A stretch of DNA of 64,000 nt from Eledone cirrhosa (Eukaryota): assembly GCA_964016885.1 (NCBI GenBank), contig OZ024741.1, positions 286,378,001-286,442,000 on the forward strand, given 5' to 3'. The translations under genes were made by a program, and so were the position numbers. The notes beneath the pieces were generated by a model. The model was given only the letters and a program-made list of their open reading frames with translations, ran no database searches and was not told the origin of the DNA. Below are positions 52,555-64,000 of this stretch, piece after piece (positions within the stretch are counted from its first letter, which is position 1; the number at the start of each line of letters is the position of its first letter).

Positions 52555-53100
52555 TTTTGGTGGTGGTGGTGATGGTGTTGGGCGTCGTCGTCGTGGTGAT
52601 GTTGTTGTTGGTGGTGGAGGTGGTATTGATGGTGGTGGTGGTGGACGTCGTCTTGGTGATGGTGGTCGTGGTAGAGGTGGAGGTGGCGGTACTGGTCGCA
52701 GTGGTGGGAGTTGTGGTAGTGGGTATGGTTGGTGGTGGTGGTGGTGGTATTGATGGTGTTGTCATTGTTGTGTTATTGGTGGTGGTGATGGTGGTGGTTG
52801 AGGTGATGATGGGGGCGGTGGGGGTAGTGGTTGTGTTGGTGTCGTCGTTGTTGTTGTTGGTGATGGTGGTCGTCGTCGTCGTCGTCGAGGTGGTGGTGGC
52901 GGTTGTGGTGGTGGTGGTGGTGGTAGTGGTGGTGTTGTTGTTGTTGTTGTTGTTGTTTGGTGGTGGAGGTGGTACTGGTGGTGATGATGGTGGTAGTGGT
53001 TGTAGTGGTGGTGGTGTCATTGTTGTGTTATAGGTGGTGGTGAAGGTGGTGGTGGTGGCGGTGTTGGTGGTGGAGGGGGTGGTGTCGTTGTTGATGCTAT
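52555..53100. repeat. degenerate (GGT/GTT)n low-complexity tract
   Basis: Seen directly in sequence. Confidence 0.9.
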
Positions 53101-53249
53101 TAGTTGTAAGTAGTTAATGTATTGGTGACAGTGGTAGTAATATTGTTGGTACTAGTTCTTTAATTAAGGCGTAGTACATATATTGAAGAGACTTTGTTGG
53201 TAGATAAACACAACAAAACAAGAAAAAAAAAATATATATATATATATAT

Positions 53250-53460
53250 CATTATTTTATTTAATGAGAATATATAAGATGGCAACTAGCTGCGGATTTG
53301 ACAGCTATTGATCGTATTTAAGACTATTCAACAGAATTCGTAATATAATCGGCTTGGACAGAATGGAGAAGGCGTTTCCCCGGAGGACGGCAAAGGGGAC
53401 GCACTGGAAAAGCCACTCCAACTCGCGGGGCTCACACCTGCGGCTGGCCAGCTCAGTGTC
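53250..53460 (-). mobile_element. CRE-clade-like non-LTR 3' end
   Basis: Minus strand reads LASRRCEPRELEWLFQCVPFAVLRGNAFSIL, resembling the CRE terminal motif (L.QR.S.A.QRGNA..IL); AATAAA follows. Confidence 0.65.
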
Positions 53461-53803
53461 TATGGTGGTGATGTGGTGGTAACACCTGGAATGTTAATCG
53501 TACTATTTATTATTGCACATTATATATTTAGTGACAGTGATGGAAGTGATAATGATGTTCGTACTGGTGGTGGTGGTGGTGGTTGTTGTTGTTGTTGTTG
53601 TTGCTGTTGTTGTTGTTGTTGTATCTGTCGTCTTTGTTGTGGATCTTGTCGATTATTACTCTAAGCTGTTGTCTGCTAGTTAAGGACAGCGCAGAGTAGG
53701 TGCATATCACAAATTATACAGAATAGAAAGTGTGGTGATTTTTATATATATAATATATATATAAATGTGTGTATGTGTGTGTGTGTGTATGTGTGTGTAC
53801 ATT

Positions 53804-53970
<167 letters not shown>

Positions 53971-54470
53971 TTGTGGTAAGGTTGCTTGGATGCGTCCATA
54001 GGCGGTATGCCGGTTGAGCACTCTATGATAATATGAGCAGAGTATGATAATATGGTAAACGAAGAATCAGTGATGCATCGGAAAACAAATGTATTACGTA
54101 TTACAAATGTTTCTCCGACGAACAGCTCGAGGTGCGATCTGTTTGTGGATCTAACCTGACTCTGGATTCTCAAGTTCCTCAGATACGTCATACTTATATT
54201 TATATGTATATATACGTACATCTGTATATGTATATATGTGTGTGTATATGTATATATATATATATATACATATAAATATAAATGTAAGTATGCACACGTA
54301 CACACACATATATATATGCACACACATATATACATATACAGATGTACGTATGGATTAAATCGAACATTAATAATAATGTTCGATTTTTTTGTAAACAAAC
54401 GGCCCAATTTGAAGCTGTGCCGTGCCTGTGACCGATCGTCACCTGTTTGTTCAACACTTACTTTGAGGGA

Positions 54471-54511
54471 CAATCAACATGTTTCTGGGTCATTACCCTT
54501 CATCAGGAATG
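54471..54511 (-). ncRNA. minimal type I hammerhead in family-C-related repeat (about 54340-54590)
   Basis: cattc-CTGATGA-a-gggt aatg accc-a-GAAA-CATG-TT-gattg. Confidence 0.75.
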
Positions 54512-54585
54512 TATACCTCTGTCAGCCTGTTGAACGGTTGAAAATATATAGTATTTTCTTAAGTACACATCGGTTATGTAGCCTC

Positions 54586-54636
<51 letters not shown>

Positions 54637-54641
<5 letters not shown>

Positions 54642-55446
54642 CGAAATCTGTCCACGCCTTGAACTTTGGGTGACACCGAAAAGTCAAATTCTAGGTCACC
54701 ATCCTTTTCCGCGTGCACAGGTGCATGCGTAGGCGATCACTCAAGGCGGGAGACAGAAAGCAACAGGTATATAAAGCCTGTATGATCCCATGTCTAAGAC
54801 CACAGAGAGATCGGAGCCGTACTCTATAGACAAGCTATGTAAAGATTCACCGCTATCTACAGGCGTCTGAGGTCTACAGACAACTACAGACCATTACTCT
54901 CTCTCACTATGGTCTCAGACTACATCAGCCTCATGAACCAACAACAAAATAACATCGTCAACCTTCACAACTCGTGGTAACTTGTTTATTGTTCTTTTTG
55001 ACTGAAGGGAAGTAAACCTTTTATATATAAAGTAAATCAGCTATTCTATCTAATACTACTAATACCCTTCGTTACATTGGTAACCCCGACGTGATGGGAA
55101 CGAACAAGTTCCTTTTACAAAAAAAATAAGTGTTATTTTAAAAAAAGAAAACAACACACAGTTTTCTGATCATGGCTTCCATTGCCAACATCAACAACTT
55201 TCTCAACAGCAGCTTTCTCAGCAATCTATACTTACCAAGCTTCTCATCTATATGGTACGATATAATAAAACTTCACTTCTTCAAATTATTCACCAAACTT
55301 CCATCTACGGAATGTTTACAGTGACTTCGCTTTGATGTTTCGATTCATTACCAAATACTTCACCACGTGCTTCGTAATCTCCAACAACAACAACAACAAC
55401 AACAACAACAACGACGACGACAACAACAACAACAACAACGACAACG

Positions 55447-55482
<36 letters not shown>

Positions 55483-56688
55483 GATAATACTACTAGCTTC
55501 CTAGCAAGAAAACGATCACATAAAGAAGAGAAAACTGAACTTTTTGTTAAGAACAATTATATAAATATATATATATATATATTTTTTACAGGTTATATAT
55601 GAACGTTCATTTTTTTTTTTTTTTTATTCTATTATATGCCTGTATGAACATACGCGTTTTGCATCAAACACACATCATTTTCTTTGTCACACACCAATTG
55701 TTTTTATCTATGGTAAGTTCTGGATTCGGTTGGGTTTTTGCGAGATCACTTTTTAAATGGTCGAGGTAGGGCAACAGCTATTAAACACATGATAATCAAC
55801 CCACGCGTACTACTAGCCTGGACTCACTCAGGCACGCAACTCAAAATTGCGCACACTCATGTCATAGCGTAAACCACGACTCACTGGAAGAGAATCTTAC
55901 GTATGATGATACATCGAGAGAAATAGTCCTCTGTGTTATCATATCGTAATCCGATACCGCAACCCCGAACGTTCAGCCATCCATACACAACAGTTCGAAA
56001 TACATGATCACAACTTTGTATATTTACAGTTTCTTCTAAATGTTACACACACACATGCATACACAGTTATACGATTTTTTTTTTTTCTCTCTCCAAATTT
56101 CTCTGCACTCGAAATACGGGCGGAGTACTCACATTTTGTGTGTTTTTGACACGCATTCTGGAATCAGATTTCGCTACACCTTTTATAATCGATCGATGCC
56201 CCTGAATCGATCTGGGTAGGGAACTAATGTAGCGAAATCTGTCCACGCCTTGAACCTTGGGTGACACCTAAAAGTCAAATTCTAGGTCACCATTCTTTTC
56301 GGCGTGGACAGGTGCATGCGTGGGCGATCCCTCAAGGCGGGAGACAGAAAGCAACAGGTATATAAAGCCTGTATGATCCCATGTCTAAGACCACAGAGAG
56401 ATCGGAGCCGTACTCTATAGACAAGCTATGTAAAGATTCACCGCTATCTACAGGCGTCTGAGGTCTACAGACAACTACAGACCATTACTCTCTCTCACTA
56501 TGGTCTCAGACTACATCAGCCTCATGAACCAACAACAAAATAACATCGTCAACCTTCACAACTCGTGGTAACTTATTTATTGTTCTTTTTGACTGAAGGG
56601 AAGTAAACCTTTTATATATAAAGTAAATCAGCTATTCTTGTTGTTTCATCTAACAACTATTACATCTAATACTACTAATACTCTTCGT

Positions 56689-56692
<4 letters not shown>
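54637..56692 (+). mobile_element. non-autonomous LTR retrotransposon (Gypsy-like, TRIM/LARD-type)
   Basis: LTRs 54637-55076 and 56228-56692 (TGTA..TACA, highly similar); PBS; PPT-like CTGGGTAGGGAACTAA; non-coding 1.15-kb interior. Confidence 0.92.
55078..55095 (+). other. primer binding site, tRNA-Trp
   Basis: TGGTAACCCCGACGTGAT, one mismatch to the complement of the metazoan tRNA-Trp 3' end (TGGTGACCCCGACGTGAT). Confidence 0.85.
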
Positions 56693-56748
<56 letters not shown>

Positions 56749-57020
56749 GATTCAGCGAGAATCGCATTTCGGCGGGCAGGAAAAGCGAAGCGAAACGCAA
56801 AAATCAGAAATGATACTGGCAAAGTGCTCCGTAGTTAAAAACCAGAGCTAAACAATGTGTTAAGAAGCCATACAAAACTGAAAAGGTGGTCAAGAAGGCA
56901 TTAACCACCCAACCACACACACACACACACACTCACACACACACACATGCGCACGCACGCACACACGCAAATCATGCACATATATATTTTTCTTCCTCAT
57001 AATCGTCTCTTTCTCCCTGT

Positions 57021-57102
<82 letters not shown>

Positions 57103-57199
57103 TTGAGCTTGGTAATGGCACATGGAATATATAAGAGACAGAATACTTTTTTGTGAAAAAACATAATTTTATAAGGTAAGGAAATAATAAAGGGTATAA

Positions 57200-57247
57200 A
57201 AAATGACCGGTTTCGATGGGTCTGCAAAAGCCATCTTTTCAAATGTT
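57200..57247 (-). ncRNA. U3-A8 variant minimal hammerhead
   Basis: at-TTGAAAA-gatgg..ccatc-GAAA-CCGG-TC-at. Confidence 0.7.
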
Positions 57248-57698
57248 GATTAATATTAAGAAAAATTAATAATACGAAGAGTTAAAATTTGAGACTTGAA
57301 AATTCAAGTATAAAATTCATTGTGGGATTTCATAGCAGTTTTCATCTAGGTAGCAACAACAGGTTGACTGTGTCCCTTTCTGGTAGTGAATGAGAAGTTA
57401 TTTGGGGTGTGGGTTATTTTATAAAGGTCAGATTTAGCAATCACCAACTGGCCAGCTGCTGGTCAGTGAGGGGGTGGAAGCAATATACATACACATATCT
57501 TCCTGTGATGGGTAGGAGAATGGAGCGTGATAGAAAGGGATTTAGTGCACTTACACCTATATATACACACATACCTTCATCCACACATACATACATATAC
57601 ATATACATATATATATATATATATATACATATACACACATACATACACACACACATACATATACATACACACATACACACACACACATATATACACAT

Positions 57699-57757
<59 letters not shown>

Positions 57758-57786
57758 TATATACATACACATACATCCAGATACAC

Positions 57787-57827
<41 letters not shown>

Positions 57828-57832
57828 CACAC

Positions 57833-57866
<34 letters not shown>

Positions 57867-57963
57867 CCACACATACATACACACACACACACATATATAT
57901 ATACATACACACATACAAACATACACACACACACACACACATATATATACACACATACACACA

Positions 57964-58059
<96 letters not shown>

Positions 58060-58514
58060 CGCATACATCCAGATACCCACATACATACACACACACACAC
58101 ATACGCACACACAATACATACATCCACATGCACACACATACACACACACACACACATACACATACATACACCCACACACAGAGAAATGGCCTTCAAATAT
58201 ATATATATATATATACATACAGACACATATATTTTTTCCATAATATAAGAAGTTGGGGCAGTGAAATTAAAATACAAGTCATTCTGATCACATTGAGTTC
58301 TTCATGTAGATTGGGCCCCGCAACCGACAGTGGTGAATTCTGTGTGCGCATATATATATAGATATATGTGTGTGCACGTGCAGGGTTTAACATGGATGTG
58401 TTGGTCACACAAAGGCATGGTCTGTCAATGAATAAACCTGATTCTACAGAATTGGTCTCTGGTCTTTAATAGTAGTGATTCCGTGCCTATGTGTGTTTAT
58501 ATTTTATGACAATT

Positions 58515-59320
58515 CTATTGGGGTGATAACCCGTTTAGTTTTGGTTTAAATTTGTTAAGGAATAGATTTTCTTTGTTTATTCTTTGTTGTTGTGTGAACG
58601 AATCTGAGCACTTGTAGAAGGGGAAGATTTTAAAGTTGGGTAGTGTCATTCCTGCGCAGTTCGCAATATGGCTGCTCAAGGGGATTTTTCTTGTGTTAGC
58701 GTCCCGGATTTGTTGGCGGTGGATGGTCATTCTTTTGCGTAATGAGCCCGTCTGTCCTATGTAGTTGTGTTTGCACCCACTGCAAGTTATTGCGTAAATC
58801 AAGTTCTCCGAGTTGCAGGTGAAATTGTTTTTTACTGTAAATGTTTGGCCATCTTTGAATGTAAATGTTTGTCCTTCAGTGAGGTAGAGGCACGTTCCAC
58901 AGTTTGTTCTACCACATTTGGTAACTGTAGGGTTGAGGATTGGTTTGGGTATATTTGGTCCAGTGAGAATGCGTTTAAGTGATTTGGGTTGTCTTTTACT
59001 TTTAAGGATCTTGTGTGTTTCAAGAATAGACTTCATTTTTACATCTTTAAGTAGGATGGGGAGGTTTTTGTGTAGGTGATCAAACATTTCGGTATTTCTG
59101 GGGTTGAAAGTGGATACATATGGCAGGGTGTTGAGTGTGGTTTTCTGTTTTGGATTGTTAAGTTGATGGGGATTTAGGTGTTTTGCCCTGTCTATTCCAT
59201 TGTTGATTATTTCAAGTGGAAAGGCTCTTAAGATAAGGGTGTCTTTTAGTTCCTTTAGTCTTTGCTCCCGTTTAGGTGGATCTGATACTATGGTACATAT
59301 ACGTTGGCCAAATTGTAAGG
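58515..59320 (-). pseudogene. PLE RT thumb/linker + GIY-YIG endonuclease fragment
   Basis: [55 protein letters not shown] and KENLFLNKFKPKLN; homologous to the 22864-23600 ORF. Confidence 0.92.
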
Positions 59321-59461
59321 AATTTCACTGCCCCAACTTCTTATATTATGGAAAAAATATATGTGTCTGTATGTATTGTGTGTGCGTGTGTGTGTGTGTG
59401 TGTATGTATGTGGGTATCTGGATGTATGCGTATGTGTATATATATATATATATATATATGC

Positions 59462-59492
<31 letters not shown>

Positions 59493-59580
59493 TGTGTGTA
59501 TGTGTGTATATATATGTGTGTGTGTGTGTGTATGTTTGTATGTGTGTATGTATATATATATGTGTGTGTGTGTGTATGTA

Positions 59581-59667
<87 letters not shown>

Positions 59668-59704
59668 ATGTATGTGTGTATCTGGATGTATGTGTATGTA
59701 TATA

Positions 59705-59753
<49 letters not shown>

Positions 59754-59816
59754 ATGTGTATATATGTGTGTGTGTATGTGTGTATGTATATGTATGTGTG
59801 TGTGTATGTATGTGTG

Positions 59817-59891
<75 letters not shown>

Positions 59892-60247
59892 GTATATGTA
59901 TGTATGTGTGGATGAAGGTATGTGTGTATATATAGGTGTAAGTGCACTAAATCCCTTTCTATCACGCTCCACTCTCCTACCCATCACAGGAAGATATGTG
60001 TATGTATATTGCTTCCACCCCCTCACTGACCAGCAGCTGGCCAGTTGGTGATTGCTAAATCTGACCTTTATAAAATAACCCACACCCCAAATAACTTCTC
60101 ATTCACTACCAGAAAGGGACACAGCAGTCAACCTGTTGTTGCTACCTAGATGAAAACTGCTATGAAATCCCACAATGAATTTTATACTTGAATTTTCAAG
60201 TCTCAAATTTTAACTCTTCGTATTATTAATTTTTCTTAATATTAATC

Positions 60248-60295
60248 AACATTTGAAAAGATGGCTTTTGCAGACCCATCGAAACCGGTCATTTT
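60248..60295 (+). ncRNA. U3-A8 variant minimal hammerhead
   Basis: aacat-TTGAAAA-gatgg cttttgcagac ccatc-GAAA-CCGG-TC-atttt. Confidence 0.7.
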
Positions 60296-60977
60296 TTATA
60301 CCCTTTATTATTTCCTTACCTTATAAAATTATGTTTTTTCACAAAAAAGTATTCTGTCTCTTATATATTCCATGTGCCATTACCAACCTCAATTTTCTCT
60401 ATAACCTTCGTTTTGTGTAGAAAATTACACTTTTCATATATATATATATATATATATAAATATATATATATATGTATATATACACATATATTTATATATA
60501 TGTGTGTATATATTCAGCATTGGAAGGCGTGTCAGAGAAGAAAGAGTTAGAGACAATGAAGAGAAAATGAGAGAGGGTGGTGGCAGATTTAAAATTAAGA
60601 TGGAAAATAAATGTCCATAGAAAAACATTGAGTCAAAAGAAAGAGATTTAGACGTACGCACACATACATACACTCACACAGACACACACATTCACACACT
60701 CACACACACACCCATGCGCACGCACACACACACACGCAAATCATGCACATATATATGTTATATATATATATATAAGTATGTATACGTACATACATATATG
60801 TATACAGACGTACAGTAGTATGTATATATATACATACATGCACACATATATATATGTACGTATGGATTTACCGAACATTTATTATAATGCTCGGTTTGTT
60901 TGTAAACAAACATCCCGAATTAAGCCGTACAGTGTTTAGCAACCATCGTTGCCCTTTTGTTTAACACTGACAAAGGG

Positions 60978-61020
60978 ACGATGTACTAGTTTCAAGCTTA
61001 TTAACTATCGTCAGCACCGT
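60978..61020 (-). ncRNA. minimal type I hammerhead
   Basis: acggtg-CTGACGA-t-agtt aata agct-t-GAAA-CTAG-TA-catcgt. Confidence 0.8.
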
Positions 61021-61421
61021 ATACCTTCCTGCCAGATGATTGAACGTCTGAAAGTATATACTTTCCTTATGCATATTAACGCCTGAGCAGCCTAATTTGT
61101 ATATCGAGTGAGTTAATCGGCCGGGCGCACCGAAAACGATAAATGGAAAAAATGAAACGAAATTTCATTTCTCACTCTTAGTACGGCTGTTACTTAAATA
61201 TAAGTATGTATACGTACATACATATATGTATACAGACGTACAGTAGTGTGTATATATATACATACATGCACACATATATATATCTACGTATGGATTTACC
61301 GAACATTTATTATAATGCTCGGTTTGTTTGTAAACAAACATCCCGAATTAAGCCGTACAGTGTTAATATGCATAAGGAAAATATATACTTTCAGACGTTC
61401 AATCATCTGGCAGGAAGGTAT

Positions 61422-61464
61422 ACGGTGCTGACGATAGCTAATAAGCTTGAAACTAGTACATCGT
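61422..61464 (+). ncRNA. minimal type I hammerhead
   Basis: acggtg-CTGACGA-t-agct aata agct-t-GAAA-CTAG-TA-catcgt; palindromic stem III. Confidence 0.85.
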
Positions 61465-61727
61465 TCCTTTGTCAGTGTTGAACAAAAAGGCAACGATGGT
61501 TGCTAAATACTGTACGGCTTAATTCGGGATGTTTGTTTACAATCAAACCGAGCATTATAATAAATGATCGGTAAATCCATACGTATATATATATATGTGT
61601 GCATGTATGTATATATATATACATACTACTGTACGTCTGTATACATATATGTATGTACGTATACATACTTATATTTAAGTAACAGCTGTACTAAGAGTGA
61701 GAAATGAAATTTCGTTTCATTTTTTAC

Positions 61728-61792
<65 letters not shown>

Positions 61793-62984
61793 CAGACAGG
61801 GTGTCCCAAAAATTGTATACACACTTCAACAGCACTCTAATAAATATTGCTTGTACAGGTAATCAAAGTTTGTATACACCTTTATACTGGGTAATTGCTG
61901 GCTTTGTGCTAAAAGAAGAAATAATTATTATTTGCAAAAAATGAAGAGGACAGTACTTTCCTATCAACATAGAAAGCGTGAAATCACAAAGCTGACTGTA
62001 CTGGGATTTGAACTCAGGGTCAAGAGTGCTTGACCAAATAACAATAGAGCATTCTATCCGACGTTCTTACCACCTATTTCTTAATTATAATTATCTATAT
62101 ATAGTTCATACACTGTTCTGTCTGCTTACACTGATACTCTGTAGATTTAGTGGTGACGGTGGAGAAACTTAAATAATCAAAAAAGGAAAAGAGGAATGGA
62201 AGGAAAATTCCACACCCTTGTCTGCATGATATGTCTCAGCTGTATCGCGCATACCCGATGGCGAAAGCATTGCCACCGATGATAGCCAGTGAATCAGCCA
62301 TTCCACCTAATAGAGCTTTTTTCTCAGGCGGAACGCACTAATCCCGATTTTGTGGATGAAAATGTTAGTCAGGGTACTGATTGGCATGAAAAGGTAACGG
62401 TCGATCAAATCCCAAACTTTTATATTCCAGCTGTTTCTATTTGTGCTAGAATGCAAAAACCCGGTTTTTACAACTGTAGAAGTCACTTAGACCGGACTTT
62501 CAATTTCTTATTTACCCACGTTTTTGCATGCAAACATATTGAACTACAGATGTTCAGACTGGATATCACTCTTACCAATCTTATCAGTCTAGATGGGGAC
62601 TGAGTTCAAAGAACTATTTCATGATTATAAAGGCAACGCTCATGGATATTTTACTGTCCCGAACAGTAAAAAATTCTCCTCAGATTGGAAACATTGTCCG
62701 AAAGCTTGCAGTTGTATAAACTTCACTAAAAGCACCTATAGAACAGGTAGTGGTGTTAAACAGGGCATTAGGTCTTCCACATCAAAATAGATTTCTCTCT
62801 GATTGATTTCCACACAGTACCCGTCTATTAAATGTCACTTTATGGTTTTGGCCAACTCAAAGTTATGTTAAAAGACTTGCTCTTAGTGAAGTGAAACCGA
62901 AACCAAATGGATGTAGTTGCGAAACCAACTTCTTAACCTTACAGCTATGACAGTTCCCACAGAGCTATGGTATGGTATGGTCCC

Positions 62985-63305
62985 ATAACTCCCGATAGAG
63001 TCGTAGGAGCGCCGTATTGACATACAGCGTTTCTTGGGACTCTTAAACCTGGGGGAGCCCGTATACTCTTCAGGTCTGAGTACAGCAGATTTCTTTCACA
63101 GAAAGATAGAAAGAGAGAGAGAAAGAAGTGAGAAAGAGATATAGAGAAAGAATCGACCCCACTGGTACTTTCTTATCGACCTCAAAAGGATGAAAGGCAA
63201 AGTTGACCTCGGTGGGGTTTGAACTCAGAGAGAAGAGAGTCGGAACGAGTACTTCAAACAAACTATCCGACGTTCTAACGACTCTGCCAATTCGCTGCCC
63301 ATACA
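62985..63305 (-). mobile_element. SINE (Deu/Nin core, TC-rich long-tail subfamily)
   Basis: GGCAGCGAATTGGCAGAGTCGTTAG head, GAGTTCAAAC box, core, TC tract, TCAGACCTG..CCAGGTTTAA tail; relatives at about 12000, 18250, 18560, 33480, 35040 and 37200. Confidence 0.8.
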
Positions 63306-63311
63306 CTGAGA

Positions 63312-63348
63312 TGGTGGTAGTAGCAGAAGCACCAGCAGCAACACCAGC

Positions 63349-63386
<38 letters not shown>

Positions 63387-64000
63387 GAGTAGTAGTAGTA
63401 GTAGCAGTAGCAGTAGTAGTAGTAGTAGTTCTTCTTGCATCTCCAGTTGCTACTGTTATTGTTGTTGTGGTTGATGTTGCTGTTCTTCTTATTATTGTTG
63501 TTACTGCTGTTATTGCTGGTATTGAGGTTGCTGTTGCTGTTACTACTGTTGTAGTTCCTGTCGTGCCGTTGGTGCTGGTGCTGTTTCTTTTGTTGTTGTT
63601 GTTATGGTTGTTGTTGTTGTTGCTCCTGTTGTTGTTACTATTTGTGTTGTTTTACTGTTGTTTTTTTCTGCCGCTGTTACTGTTGTTGTTGTTATTATTG
63701 TTTTTGCTGTTACTGTTGGTGTTGTTGTTATTGTTTCTGCCGCTGTGGCTGTTTCTTTTGGTTGTTGTTGCTACTGCTGTTGTTACTGTTGTTATTGTTA
63801 CTGTTTTTTTTTGTGTTGTCTTTTTTGCTGTTACTGTCACTGTTGTTGTTGATGTTATTGTTTCTGCCGCTGTGGCTGTTTTTTTGTTGTTGTTATTCTT
63901 GCTGCTGCTGCTGCTGCTGCTGTTACTGTTGTTATTGTTATTGTTTTTTTTGTGTTGTCTTTTTTTGCTGTTACTGCCACTGTTGTTGTTGTTGTTATTG
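63312..64000. repeat. (TAG)n and (TTG/CTG)n low-complexity tract with an internal duplicated unit
   Basis: Seen directly in sequence. Confidence 0.9.

Larger units (their letters stand above)
57100..60436 (-). mobile_element. Penelope-like element 2, strongly 5'-truncated, with inverted 3' UTR copy
   Basis: GIY-YIG ORF; arms 57100-58268 and 59321-60400 are inverted; flanked by (TA)n(GA)n and (TA)n. Confidence 0.93.
60771..61727. mobile_element. PLE-type terminal repeat family C: partial tandem plus inverted copies in (TA)n
   Basis: Antisense 60771-61147, antisense 61148-61362 and sense 61362-61727. Confidence 0.85.

Noticed and set aside
56946-56987. Short direct repeat with 60713-60756 as TSD of PLE 2
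   Set aside because: Not adjacent to the element ends and largely CA-microsatellite derived.

Overview
AT-rich, microsatellite-saturated animal genomic DNA. The tRNA-derived SINE set and repeat landscape look like octopus/cephalopod, which is an inference. I cannot support any host protein-coding gene, rRNA, tRNA or CRISPR. Most ORFs in the track are microsatellite artefacts. The window is a graveyard of mobile elements: two Penelope-like elements (PLEs; RT + GIY-YIG), several short PLE-type terminal remnants, three Tx1/L1-type LINEs, RTE LINE fragments, an RTE-derived bipartite non-autonomous element, R4/Dong-like and CRE-like 3' ends, a Helitron helicase remnant, a small non-coding LTR element with a tRNA-Trp PBS, several MITEs and many SINEs. 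Three signals stand out. (1) At least 14 minimal type I hammerhead ribozyme motifs from about 8 repeat families, including a non-canonical core (UUGAAAA...GAAA-CCGG-UH, a U3-A8 swap of the C3-G8 pair) shared by three unrelated families. (2) Five microsatellite-anchored inverted (palindromic) insertions that follow one rule: one arm is full length and the other stops about 33-62 nt short at an internal TATA/TCTCT microhomology. (3) A PLE with a long upstream ORF joined to RT by a U-UUU-UUA -1 slippery site.
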